64,000 nucleotides of DNA from Eledone cirrhosa (Eukaryota): the NCBI GenBank assembly GCA_964016885.1, contig OZ024742.1, positions 18,724,001-18,788,000 of the forward strand, given 5' to 3'. Positions 10,558-23,700 of the stretch are shown here, in pieces; the first letter of the stretch is position 1, and the number at the start of each line of letters is the position of its first letter. Position numbers and translations under genes: made by a program. The notes under the pieces were generated by a model, which saw only the letters and a list, made by a program, of their open reading frames with translations, had not been told where the DNA came from and ran no database searches.

Positions 10558-13500
10558 GTTTGGTCTAGAGGAGGCACAGTTCTGTGGTGGGGGAGCTCAT
10601 GGGTTTGGTCTAGAGGGGGCACAGTTCTGTGGGGGGGAGCTCATGGGTTTGGTCTAGAGGAGGCACAGTTCTGTGGTGGGGGAGCTCATGGGTTTGGTCT
10701 AGAGGGGCACAGTTCTGTGGTGGGGGAGCTCATGGGTTTAGTCTAGAGAGGGCACAGTTCTGTGGTGGGGGAGCTCATGGGTTTAGTCTAGAGAGGGCAC
10801 AGTTCTGTGGTGGGGGAGCTCATGGGTTTGGTCTAGAGAGGGCACAGTTCTGTGGTGGGGGAGCTCATGGGTTTAGTCTAGAGAGGGCACAGTTCTGTGG
10901 TGGGGGAGCTCATGGGTTTAGTCTAGAGAGGGCACAGTTCTGTGGTGGGGGAGCTCATGGGTTTAGTCTAGAGAGGGCACAGTTCTGTGGTGGGGGAGCT
11001 CATGGGTTTAGTCTAGAGAGGGCACAGTTCTGTGGTGGGGGAGCTCATGGGTTTGGTCTAGAGGGGCACAGTTCTGTGGTGGGGGAGCTCATAGGTTTGG
11101 TCTAGAGAGGGCACAGTTCTGTGGTGGGGGAGCTCATGGGTTTGGTCTAGAGGGGCACAGTTCTGTGGTGGGGGAGCTCATAGGTTTGGTCTAGAGGGGG
11201 CACAGTTCTGTGGTGGGGGAGCTCATGGGTTTGGTCTAGAGAGGGCACAGTTCTGTGGTGGGGGAGCTCATGGGTTTGGTCTAGAGGGGCACAGTTCTGT
11301 GGTGGGGGAGCTCATGGGTTTGGTCTAGAGAGGGCACAGTTCTGTGGTGGGGGAGCTCATGGGTTTGGTCTAGAGGAGGCACAGTTCTGTGGTGGGGGAG
11401 CTCATGGGTTTGGTCTAGAGGAGGCACAGTTCTGTGGTGGGGGAGCTCATGGGTTTGGTCTAGAGGAGGCACAGTTCTGTGGTGGGGGAGCTCATGGGTT
11501 TGGTCTAGAGGGGGCACAGTCTATGGTAGGGGAGCTCATGGGTTTGGTCTAGAGGAGGCACAGTTCTGTGGTGGGGGAGCTCATGGGTTTGGTCTAGAGG
11601 GGCACAGTTCTGTGGTGGGGGAGCTCATGGGTTTGGTCTAGAGGGGGCACAGTCTATGGTAGGGGAGCTCATGGGTTTGGTCTAGAGGAGGCACAGTTCT
11701 GTGGTGGGGGAGCTCATGGGTTTGGTCTAGAGGGGCACAGTTCTGTGGTGGGGGAGCTCATGGGTTTGGTCTAGAGGGGGCACAGTCTATGGTAGGGGAG
11801 CTCATGGGTTTGGTCTAGAGGAGGCACAGTTCTGTGGTGGGGGAGCTCATGGGTTTGGTCTAGAGGGGCACAGTTCTGTGGTGGGGGAGCTCATGGGTTT
11901 GGTCTAGAGGGGGCACAGTCTATGGTAGGGGAGCTCATGGGTTTGGTCTAGAGGGGGCACAGTCTATGGTGGGGGAGCTCATGGGTTTGGTCTAGAGGAG
12001 GCACAGTTCTGTGGTGGGGGAGCTCATGGGTTTGGTCTAGAGGGGGCACAGTTCTGTGGTGGGGGAGCTCATGGGTTTGGTCTAGAGGGGGCACAGTCTA
12101 TGGTAGGGGAGCTCATGGGTTTGGTCTAGAGGAGGCACAGTTCTGTGGTGGGGGAGCTCATGGGTTTGGTCTAGAGGGGGCACAGTTCTGTTGTGGGGGA
12201 GCTCATGGGTTTGGTCTAGAGGGGGCACAGTCTATGGTAGGGGAGCTCATGGGTTTGGTCTAGAGGAGTCACAGTTCTGTGGTGGGGGAGCTCATGGGTT
12301 TGGTCTAGAGGGGGCACAGTCTATGGTGGGGGAGCTCATGGGTTTGGTCTAGAGGAGGCACAGTTCTGTGGTGGGGGAGCTCATGGGTTTGGTCTAGAGG
12401 GGGCACAGTTCTGTGGTGGGGGAGCTCATGGGTTTGGTCTAGAGGGGGCACAGTCTATGGTAGGGGAGCTCATGGGTTTGGTCTAGAGGAGGCACAGTTC
12501 TGTGGTGGGGGAGCTCATGGGTTTGGTCTAGAGGGGGCACAGTTCTGTGGTGGGGGAGCTCATGGGTTTGGTCTAGAGGGGGCACAGTCTATGGTGGGGG
12601 AGCTCATGGGTTTGGTCTAGAGGAGGCACAGTTCTGTGGTGGGGGAGCTCATGGGTTTGGTCTAGAGGGGGCACAGTCTATGGTGGGGGAGCTCATGGGT
12701 TTGGTCTAGAGGAGGCACAGTTCTGTGGTGGGGGAGCTCATGGGTTTGGTCTAGAGGGGGCACAGTTCTGTGGTGGGGGAGCTCATGGGTTTGGTCTAGA
12801 GGGGGCACAGTTCTGTGGTGGGGGAGCTCATGGGTTTGGTCTAGAGGAGGCACAGTTCTGTGGTGGGGGAGCTCATGGGTTTGGTCTAGAGGAGGCACAG
12901 TTCTGTGGTGGGGGAGCTCATGGGTTTAGTCTAGAGGGGGCACAGTTCTGTGGGGGGGGGAGCTCATGGGTTTGGTCTAGAGGGGGCACAGTTCTGTGGT
13001 GGGGGAGCTCATGAGTTTGGTCTAGAGAGGCACAGTTCTGTGGTAGGGGAGCTCATGGGTTTAGTCTAGAGAGGGCACAGTTCTGTGGTGGGGGAGCTCA
13101 TGAGTTTGGTCTAGAGAGGCACAGTTCTGTGGTGGGGGAGCTCATGGGTTTGGTCTAGAGGGGGCACAGTCTATGGTGGGGGAGCTCATGGGTTTGGTCT
13201 AGAGGGGGCACAGTCTATGGTGGGGGAGCTCATGGGTTTGGTCTAGAGGAGGTACAGTTCTGTGGTGGGGGAGCTCATGGGTTTGGTCTAGAGGGGGCAC
13301 AGTCTATGGTAGGGGAGCTCATGGGTTTGGTCTAGAGGAGGCACAGTAATGTGGTGGGGGAGCTCATGGGTTTGGTCTAGAGGGGGCACAGTTCTGTGGT
13401 GGGGGAGCTCATGGGTTTGGTCTAGAGGAGGCACAGTTCTGTGGTGGGGGAGCTCATGAGTTTGGTCTAGAGGGGGCACAGTTCTGTGGTGGGGGAGCTC

Positions 13501-16500
13501 ATGGGTTTGGTCTAGAGGAGGCACAGTTCTGTGGTGGGGGAGCTCATGGGTTTAGTCTAGAGGGGGCACAGTTCTGTGGTGGGGGAGCTCATGGGTTTGG
13601 TCTAGAGGGGGCACAGTTCTGTGGTGGGGGAGCTCATGAGTTTGGTCTAGAGAGGCACAGTTCTGTGGTGGGGGAGCTCATGGGTTTGGTCTAGAGGGGG
13701 CACAGTCTATGGTGGGGGAGCTCATGGGTTTGGTCTAGAGGGGCACAGTTCTGTGGTGGGGGAGCTCATGGGTTTGGTCTAGAGAGGCACAGTTCTGTGG
13801 TGGGGGAGCTCATGGGTTTGGTCTAGAGAGGGCACAGTTCTGTGGTGGGGGAGCTCATGGGTTTAGTCTAGAGAGGGCACAGTTCTGTGGTGGGGGAGCT
13901 CATGAATTTGGTCTAGAGAGGCACAGTTCTGTGGTGGGGGAGCTCATGGGTTTAGTCTAGAGAGGGCACAGTTCTGTGGTGGGGGAGCTCATGAGTTTGG
14001 TCTAGAGAGGCACAGTTCTGTGGTGGGGGAGCTCATGGGTTTGGTCTAGAGGGGGCACAGTCTATGGTGGGGGAGCTCATGGGTTTGGTCTAGAGGGGGC
14101 ACAGTCTATGGTGGGGGAGCTCATGGGTTTGGTCTAGAGGAGGCACAGTTCTGTGGTGGGGGAGCTCATGGGTTTGGTCTAGAGGGGGCACAGTCTATGG
14201 TAGGGGAGCTCATGGGTTTGGTCTAGAGGAGGCACAGTAATGTGGTGGGGGAGCTCATGGGTTTGGTCTAGAGGGGGCACAGTTCTGTGGTGGGGGAGCT
14301 CATGGGTTTGGTCTAGAGGAGGCACAGTTCTGTGGTGGGGGAGCTCATGAGTTTGGTCTAGAGGGGGCACAGTTCTGTGGTGGGGGAGCTCATGGGTTTG
14401 GTCTAGAGGGGGCACAGTTCTGTGGTGGGGGAGCTCATGGGTTTAGTCTAGAGGGGGCACAGTTCTGTGGTGGGGGAGCTCATGGGTTTGGTCTAGAGGG
14501 GGCACAGTTCTGTGGTGGGGGAGCTCATGAGTTTGGTCTAGAGAGGCACAGTTCTGTGGTGGGGGAGCTCATGGGTTTGGTCTAGAGAGGGCACAGTTCT
14601 GTGGTGGGGGAGCTCATGGGTTTAGTCTAGAGAGGGCACAGTTCTGTGGTGGGGGAGCTCACGAGTTTGGTCTAGAGAGGCACAGTTCTGTGGTGGGGGA
14701 GCTCATGGGTTTGGTCTAGAGAGGCACAGTTCTGTGGTGGGGGAGCTCATGGGTTTGGTCTAGAGAGGGCACAGTTCTGTGGTGGGGGAGCTCATGGGTT
14801 TAGTCTAGAGAGGGCACAGTTCTGTGGTGGGGGAGCTCATGAGTTTGGTCTAGAGAGGCACAGTTCTGTGGTGGGGGAGCTCATGGGTTTGGTCTAGAGA
14901 GGGCACAGTTCTGTGGTGGGGGAGCTCATGGGTTTAGTCTAGAGAGGGCACAGTTCTGTGGTGGGGGAGCTCATGAGTTTGGTCTAGAGAGGCACAGTTC
15001 TGTGGTGGGGGAGCTCATGGGTTTAGTCTAGAGAGGGCACAGTTCTGTGGTGGGGGAGCTCATGGGTTTGGTCTAGAGAGGCACAGTTCTGTGGTGGGGG
15101 AGCTCATGGGTTTAGTCTAGAGAGGGCACAGTTCTGTGGTGGGGGAGCTCATGGGTTTGGTCTAGAGAGGCACAGTTCTGTGGTGGGGGAGCTCATGGGT
15201 TTGGTCTAGAGAGGCACAGTTCTGTGGTGGGGGAGCTCATGGGTTTGGTCTAGAGGAGGCACAGTTCTGTGGTGGGGGAGCTCATGGGTTTGGTCTAGAG
15301 GAGGCACAGTTCTGTGGTGGGGGAGCTCATGGGTTTGGTCTAGAGAGGCACAGTTCTGTGGTGGGGGAGCTCATGGGTTTGGTCTAGAGGGGGCACAGTT
15401 CTGTGGTGGGGGAGCTCATGGGTTTGGTCTAGAGGGGGCACAGTTCTGTGGTGGGGGAGCTCATGGGTTTGGTCTAGAGGGGCACAGTTCTGTGGTGGGG
15501 GAGCTCATGGGTTTGGTCTAGAGGGGGCACAGTTCTGTGGTGGGGGAGCTCATGGGTTTGGTCTAGAGGGGGCACAGTTCTGTGGTGGGGGAGCTCATGA
15601 GTTTGGTCTAGAGGAGGCACAGTTCTGTGGTGGGGGAGCTCATGGGTTTGGTCTAGAGGGGGCACAGTTCTGTGGTGGGGAAGCTCATGGGTTTGGTCTA
15701 GAGAGGGCACAGTTCTGTGGTGGGGGAGCTCATGGGTTTGGTCTAGAGGAGGCACAGTTCTGTGGTGGGGGAGCTCATGAGTTTGGTCTAGAGGAGGCAC
15801 AGTTCTGTGGTGGGGGAGCTCATGGGTTTGGTCTAGAGGGGGCACAGTTCTGTGGTGGGGAAGCTCATGGGTTTGGTCTAGAGGGGGCACAGTTCTGTGG
15901 TGGGGGAGCTCATGGGTTTGGTCTAGAGGGGCACAGTTCTGTGGTGGGGGAGCTCATGGGTTTGGTCTAGAGGGGGCACAGTTCTGTGGTGGGGGAGCTC
16001 ATGGGTTTGGTCTAGAGGGGCACAGTTCTGTGGTGGGGGAGCTCATGAGTTTGGTCTAGAGGGGGCACAGTTCTGTGGTGGGGGAGCTCATGGGTTTGGT
16101 CTAGAGAGGCACAGTTCTGTGGTGGGGGAGCTCATGGGTTTGGTCTAGAGAGGCACAGTTCTGTGGTGGGGGAGCTCATGGGTTTGGTCTAGAGAGGCAC
16201 AGTTCTGTGGTGGGGGAGCTCATGGGTTTGGTCTAGAGAGGCACAGTTCTGTGGTGGGGGAGCTCATAGGTTTGGTCTAGAGGGGCACAGTTCTGTGGTG
16301 GGGGAGCTCATGGGTTTGGTCTAGAGGGGGCACAGTTCTGTGGTGGGGGAGCTCATGGGTTTGGTCTAGAGAGGGCACAGTTCTGTGGTGGGGGAGCTCA
16401 TGGGTTTGGTCTAGAGGGGAACAGTTCTGTGGTGAGGGAGCTCATGGGTTTGGTCTAGAGGAGGCACAGTTCTGTGGTGGGGGAGCTCATGGGTTTGGTC

Positions 16501-19500
16501 TAGAGGGGGCACAGTTCTGTGGTGGGGGAGCTCATGAGTTTGGTCTAGAGGGGGCACAGTTCTGTGGTGGGGGAGCTCATGGGTTTGGTCTAGAGAGGCA
16601 CAGTTCTGTGGTGGGGGAGCTCATGGGTTTGGTCTAGAGAGGCACAGTTCTGTGGTGGGGGAGCTCATGGGTTTGGTCTAGAGAGGCACAGTTCTGTGGT
16701 GGGGGAGCTCATGAGTTTGGTCTAGAGGAGGCACAGTTCTGTGGTGGGGGAGCTCATGGGTTTGGTCTAGAGGGGGCACAGTCTATGGTGGGGGAGCTCA
16801 TGGGTTTGGTCTAGAGGGGCACAGTTATGTGGTGGGGGAGCTCATGGGTTTGGTCTAGAGGGGGCACAGTCTATGGTGGGGGAGCTCATGAGTTTGGTCT
16901 AGAGGAGGTACAGTTCTGTTGTGGGGGAGTTCATAGGTTTGGTCTAGAGAGGCACAGTTCTGTGGTGGGGGAGCTCATGGGTTTGGTCTAGAGAGGCACA
17001 GTTCTGTGGTGGGGGAGCTCATGGGTTTGGTCTAGAGAGGCACAGTTCTGTGGTGGGGGAGCTCATGAGTTTGGTCCAGAGGGGGCACAGTTCTGTGGTG
17101 GGGGAGCTCATGGGTTTGGTCTAGAGAGGCACAGTTCTGTGGTGGGGGAGCTCATGGGTTTGGTCTAGAGGGGCACAGTTCTGTGGTGGGGGAGCTCATA
17201 GGTTTGGTCTAGAGAGGGCACAGTTCTGTGGTGGGGGAGCTCATGGGTTTGGTCTAGAGAGGCACAGTTCTGTGGTGGGGGAGCTCATGGGTTTGGTCTA
17301 GAGGGGCACAGTTCTGTGGTGGGGGAGCTCATGGGTTTAGTCTAGAGAGGCACAGTTCTGTGGTGGGGGAGCTCATAGGTTTGGTCTAGAGGAGGCACAG
17401 TTCTGTGGTGGGGGAGCTCATGGGTTTGGTCTAGAGAGGCACAGTTCTGTGGTGGGGGAGCTCATGGGTTTGGTCTAGAGAGGCACAGTTCTGTGGTGGG
17501 GGAGCTCATGGGTTTGGTCTAGAGGAGGCACAGTTCTGTGGTGGGGGAGCTCATGAGTTTGGTCTAGAGAGGGCACAGTTCTGTGGTGGGGGAGCTCATG
17601 GGTTTGGTCTAGAGAGGCACAGTTCTGTGGTGGGGGAGCTCATGGGTTTGGTCTAGAGAGGCACAGTTCTGTGGTGGGGGAGCTCATGGGTTTGGTCTAG
17701 AGGAGGCACAGTTCTGTGGTGGGGGAGCTCATGGGTTTGGTCTAGAGGAGGCACAGTTCTGTGGTGGGGGAGCTCATGGGTTTGGTCTAGAGAGGCACAG
17801 TTCTGTGGTGGGGGAGCTCATGGGTTTGGTCTAGAGGGGGCACAGTTCTGTGGTGGGGGAGCTCATGGGTTTGGTCTAGAGGGGGCACAGTTCTGTGGTG
17901 GGGGAGCTCATGGGTTTGGTCTAGAGGGGCACAGTTCTGTGGTGGGGGAGCTCATGGGTTTGGTCTAGAGGGGGCACAGTTCTGTGGTGGGGGAGCTCAT
18001 GGGTTTGGTCTAGAGGGGGCACAGTTCTGTGGTGGGGGAGCTCATGAGTTTGGTCTAGAGGAGGCACAGTTCTGTGGTGGGGGAGCTCATGGGTTTGGTC
18101 TAGAGGGGGCACAGTTCTGTGGTGGGGAAGCTCATGGGTTTGGTCTAGAGAGGGCACAGTTCTGTGGTGGGGGAGCTCATGGGTTTGGTCTAGAGGAGGC
18201 ACAGTTCTGTGGTGGGGGAGCTCATGAGTTTGGTCTAGAGGAGGCACAGTTCTGTGGTGGGGGAGCTCATGGGTTTGGTCTAGAGGGGGCACAGTTCTGT
18301 GGTGGGGAAGCTCATGGGTTTGGTCTAGAGGGGGCACAGTTCTGTGGTGGGGGAGCTCATGGGTTTGGTCTAGAGGGGCACAGTTCTGTGGTGGGGGAGC
18401 TGATGGGTTTGGTCTAGAGGGGGCACAGTTCTGTGGTGGGGGAGCTCATGGGTTTGGTCTAGAGGGGCACAGTTCTGTGGTGGGGGAGCTCATGAGTTTG
18501 GTCTAGAGGGGGCACAGTTCTGTGGTGGGGGAGCTCATGGGTTTGGTCTAGAGAGGCACAGTTCTGTGGTGGGGGAGCTCATGGGTTTGGTCTAGAGAGG
18601 CACAGTTCTGTGGTGGGGGAGCTCATGGGTTTGGTCTAGAGAGGCACAGTTCTGTGGTGGGGGAGCTCATGGGTTTGGTCTAGAGAGGCACAGTTCTGTG
18701 GTGGGGGAGCTCATAGGTTTGGTCTAGAGGGGCACAGTTCTGTGGTGGGGGAGCTCATGGGTTTGGTCTAGAGGGGGCACAGTTCTGTGGTGGGGGAGCT
18801 CATGGGTTTGGTCTAGAGAGGGCACAGTTCTGTGGTGGGGGAGCTCATGGGTTTGGTCTAGAGGGGCACAGTTCTGTGGTGAGGGAGCTCATGGGTTTGG
18901 TCTAGAGGAGGCACAGTTCTGTGGTGGGGGAGCTCATGGGTTTGGTCTAGAGGGGGCACAGTTCTGTGGTGGGGGAGCTCATGAGTTTGGTCTAGAGGGG
19001 GCACAGTTCTGTGGTGGGGGAGCTCATGGGTTTGGTCTAGAGAGGCACAGTTCTGTGGTGGGGGAGCTCATGGGTTTGGTCTAGAGAGGCACAGTTCTGT
19101 GGTGGGGGAGCTCATGGGTTTGGTCTAGAGAGGCACAGTTCTGTGGTGGGGGAGCTCATGAGTTTGGTCTAGAGGAGGCACAGTTCTGTGGTGGGGGAGC
19201 TCATGGGTTTGGTCTAGAGGGGGCACAGTCTATGGTGGGGGAGCTCATGGGTTTGGTCTAGAGGGGGCACAGTCTATGGTGGGGGAGCTCATGAGTTTGG
19301 TCTAGAGGAGGTACAGTTCTGTTGTGGGGGAGTTCATAGGTTTGGTCTAGAGAGGCACAGTTCTGTGGTGGGGGAGCTCATGGGTTTGGTCTAGAGAGGC
19401 ACAGTTCTGTGGTGGGGGAGCTCATGGGTTTGGTCTAGAGAGGCACAGTTCTGTGGTGGGGGAGCTCATGAGTTTGGTCCAGAGGGGGCACAGTTCTGTG

Positions 19501-22041
19501 GTGGGGGAGCTCATGGGTTTGGTCTAGAGAGGCACAGTTCTGTGGTGGGGGAGCTCATGGGTTTGGTCTAGAGGGGCACAGTTCTGTGGTGGGGGAGCTC
19601 ATAGGTTTGGTCTAGAGAGGGCACAGTTCTGTGGTGGGGGAGCTCATGGGTTTGGTCTAGAGAGGCACAGTTCTGTGGTGGGGGAGCTCATGGGTTTGGT
19701 CTAGAGGGGCACAGTTCTGTGGTGGGGGAGCTCATGGGTTTAGTCTAGAGAGGCACAGTTCTGTGGTGGGGGAGCTCATAGGTTTGGTCTAGAGGAGGCA
19801 CAGTTCTGTGGTGGGGGAGCTCATGGGTTTGGTCTAGAGAGGCACAGTTCTGTGGTGGGGGAGCTCATGGGTTTGGTCTAGAGAGGCACAGTTCTGTGGT
19901 GGGGGAGCTCATAGGTTTGGTCTAGAGGGGCACAGTTCTGTGGTGGGGGAGCTCATGGGTTTGGTCTAGAGAGGCACAGTTCTGTGGTGGGGGAGCTCAT
20001 GGGTTTGGTCTAGAGGGGCACAGTTCTGTGGTGGGGGAGCTCATGGGTTTAGTCTAGAGAGGCACAGTTCTGTGGTGGGGGAGCTCATAGGTTTGGTCTA
20101 GAGGAGGCACAGTTCTGTGGTGGGGGAGCTCATGGGTTTGGTCTAGAGAGGCACAGTTCTGTGGTGGGGGAGCTCATGGGTTTGGTCTAGAGAGGCACAG
20201 TTCTGTGGTGGGGGAGCTCATAGGTTTGGTCTAGAGGGGCACAGTTCTGTGGTGGGGGAGCTCATGGGTTTGGTCTAGAGAGGCACAGTTCTGTGGTGGG
20301 GGAGCTCATGGGTTTGGTCTAGAGGGGGCACAGTTCTGTGGTGGGGGAGCTCATAGGTTTGGTCTAGAGAGGGCACAGTTCTGTGGTGGGGGAGCTCATG
20401 GGTTTGGTCTAGAGAGGCACAGTTCTGTGGTGGGGGAGCTCATAGGTTTGGTCTAGAGGAGGCACAGTTCTGTGGTGGGGGAGCTCATGGGTTTGGTCTA
20501 GAGAGGCACAGTTCTGTGGTGGGGGAGCTCATGGGTTTGGTCTAGAGAGGCACAGTTCTGTGGTGGGGGAGCTCATAGGTTTGGTCTAGAGGGGCACAGT
20601 TCTGTGGTGGGGGAGCTCATGGGTTTGGTCTAGAGAGGCACAGTTCTGTGGTGGGGGAGCTCATGGGTTTGGTCTAGAGGGGCACAGTTCTGTGGTGGGG
20701 GAGCTCATGGGTTTAGTCTAGAGAGGCACAGTTCTGTGGTGGGGGAGCTCATAGGTTTGGTCTAGAGGAGGCACAGTTCTGTGGTGGGGGAGCTCATGGG
20801 TTTGGTCTAGAGAGGCACAGTTCTGTGGTGGGGGAGCTCATGGGTTTGGTCTAGAGAGGCACAGTTCTGTGGTGGGGGAGCTCATAGGTTTGGTCTAGAG
20901 GGGCACAGTTCTGTGGTGGGGGAGCTCATGGGTTTGGTCTAGAGAGGCACAGTTCTGTGGTGGGGGAGCTCATGGGTTTGGTCTAGAGGGGGCACAGTTC
21001 TGTGGTGGGGGAGCTCATAGGTTTGGTCTAGAGAGGGCACAGTTCTGTGGTGGGGGAGCTCATGGGTTTGGTCTAGAGAGGCACAGTTCTGTGGTGGGGG
21101 AGCTCATGGGTTTGGTCTAGAGGGGCACAGTTCTGTGGTGGGGGAGCTCATAGGTTTGGTCTAGAGGAGGCACAGTTCTGTGGTGGGGGAGCTCATGGGT
21201 TTGGTCTAGAGAGGCACAGTTCTGTGGTGGGGGAGCTCATGGGTTTGGTCTAGAGAGGCACAGTTCTGTGGTGGGGGAGCTCATAGGTTTGGTCTAGAGG
21301 GGCACAGTTCTGTGGTGGGGGAGCTCATGGGTTTGGTCTAGAGAGGCACAGTTCTGTGGTGGGGGAGCTCATGGGTTTGGTCTAGAGGGGGCACAGTTCT
21401 GTGGTGGGGGAGCTCATGACTTTGGTCTAGAGGGGGCACAGTTCTGTGGTGGGGGAGCTCATGGGTTTGGTCTAGAGGGGGCACAGTTCTGTGGTGGGGG
21501 AGCTCATAGGTTTGGTCTAGAGGGGCACAGTTCTGTGGTGGGGGAGCTCATGGGTTTGGTCTAGAGAGGGCACAGTTCTGTGGTGGGGGAGCTCATGAGT
21601 TTGGTCTAGAGGAGGCACAGTTCTGTGGTGGGGGAGCTCATGGGTTTGGTCTAGAGAGGCACAGTTCTGTGGTGGGGGAGCTCATGGGTTTGGTCTAGAG
21701 AGGCACAGTTCTGTGGTGGGGGAGCTCATAGGTTTGGTCTAGAGGGGCACAGTTCTGTGGTGGGGGAGCTCATGGGTTTGGTCTAGAGGGGGCACAGTTC
21801 TGTGGTGGAGGAGCTCATGGGTTTGGTCTAGAGAGGGCACAGTTCTGTGGTGGGGGAGCTCATGGGTTTGGTCTAGAGGGGCACAGTTCTGTGGTGAGGG
21901 AGCTCATGGGTTTGGTCTAGAGGAGGCACAGTTCTGTGGTGGGGGAGCTCATGGGTTTGGTCTAGAGGGGGCACAGTTCTGTGGTGGGGGAGCTCATGAG
22001 TTTGGTCTAGAGGGGGCACAGTTCTGTGGTGGGGGAGCTCA
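10558..22041. repeat. G-rich 45/44-bp tandem satellite, ~255-260 units
   Basis: Unit GGGTTTGGTCTAGAGGGGGCACAGTTCTGTGGTGGGGGAGCTCAT with recurrent variants and internal block duplications. Confidence 0.99.
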
Positions 22042-22398
22042 CAGATTTATTGGTGATGTAAGGTTTTTACATTTCTGGCAGAAGAATATCTAGTTTTGGT
22101 TGTATGTTAAAACTGTTACGGTGTTAGTGTTTCTATGAGAAGTATGGTTGTGTCCAGCTGTCTATCCATTCTTTTTTCTCCGTGAAAATTTCCCGATTTA
22201 ATTAAAAAGAAGCAATAAATATTAAGATCGATAATTTATTTATATACACACAAATAGTACAATCGGCAGGTATTTTAGAAACATGTTTGGCGTTGACGCC
22301 GTCACTAACCCCCATCCTCTCTCTCTCCACACCCATACAATCTTGTGAGAATTAATCCACGAAAAAGTTCTATAAAAATGTTTGACGGTAATGTCGCT

Positions 22399-22466
<68 letters not shown>

Positions 22467-22480
22467 ATATACATATATAC

Positions 22481-22693
22481 ATAAATGTAATCAGAGTTTT
22501 TCGAATATTAATAATATTATTCGATTTGTTTGCAATTATGGAAACAAGCCCCATTTTTAAAGCCATATCAGTAGAGGGGCTCATTTAAAAATGAGGCCGG
22601 TTTGCATAATTGCAAACGAATCGAATATTATTATTAATATTCGAAAAACTCAGATTACATTTATTGTATTCAGCCATGTAGAGCGAAAATCTA

Positions 22694-22698
<5 letters not shown>
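22481..22698. mobile_element. Small asymmetric palindromic element with ~80-bp inverted arms
   Basis: 22481-22561 and 22584-22664 are reverse complements. A short one-sided tail follows, the flanks are (CT)n/(TA)n and (CA)n, and a partial copy lies at about 46152-46198. Confidence 0.7.
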
Positions 22699-22755
<57 letters not shown>

Positions 22756-22799
22756 ATATATATATATGCAAAAGTTCTATTTAAAGTTCTATTTAAAGT

Positions 22800-23700
22800 T
22801 GTTGGGATAAAACAAGTAAATATTTTTATAACTGATATAAAGCACTCGACATCTAATAAAAATATATTTGATGAAAAAGCACAGTATTACAACGAAGCAT
22901 TAGCTAGAGCTGGATATAGAAATAAAATAAAATACATCGATAATAATAATAATAAGCAAACTAACCAAAATAATAACAATTCCGATTACGGTAACAACTT
23001 TAACAACTATAATAGAAAACATTACAATAATTCCAAAAGCCGAAAAAGAAATAGAACTAGAAATATATTATGGTTTGCTCCCCCTTTCTCACTAAATATT
23101 AAAACCCCTATTGCTAAACTATTCTTTAAAGCTCTTGACACACGCTTCCCTAGAACACATAAATATCACTCAATTTTTAATAGACACTATAAAATTAACT
23201 TACTCGTCCACCAAAAATTTAGCACAAAATATTAATAGAATTAATAACCCAAACAATATTCAATTAAATAACTGTAACTGTAGAAATAAATCTAACTGTC
23301 CGTTAAGTAACAACTGCTTAGCTAAAAATGTAGAGTACAATTGTAATGTTAAAACTAATTTAAATTCATTTAACTATGTTGGTTCCACCTCTACAGAATT
23401 TAAATTTCGCTTCAATAATCATAAGAATTCTTTCACAGATCCAAACAAAAAATCTTCAACTTCGCTATCTAGCCTACTATGGGACCTAAAACGAGATAAT
23501 ATTAAATATTCGATGAATTGGAATATTATTTCATAAGCTACTCCTTTTAATTCCTCTTCAGAAAATTGTGATCTTTGTATTGAAGAAATATTCTTTATAT
23601 TAAAGTCCAAAAATTCCCTTAATCTAAGGAACAATTTATTCAGTTGCTGCAGACATAGATTGAACTCAACGTTTAAATATAAATATAAATTTAAAATGTA
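22800..23700 (+). pseudogene. Penelope-like element 3' fragment (thumb/linker plus GIY-YIG endonuclease), Naiad-like, frameshifted
   Basis: Motifs YNEALARAGY, ILWFAPPFS, FPRTHKYHSIFNR, KLTYSS, CNCRNKSNCPL, YVGSTSTEFKFRFNNHKNSF, TSLSSLLWDLK and CDLCIEE. Confidence 0.8.

Noticed and set aside
10437-18337. Repetitive ORFs (PPLDQTHELPHHRTV / GGGAHGF)
   Set aside because: Frequent 44-bp units break the frame, so these are satellite translations.
10558-22041. CRISPR-like or telomeric array
   Set aside because: There are no unique spacers and no cas genes, the context is eukaryotic, and there are no TTAGGG runs.
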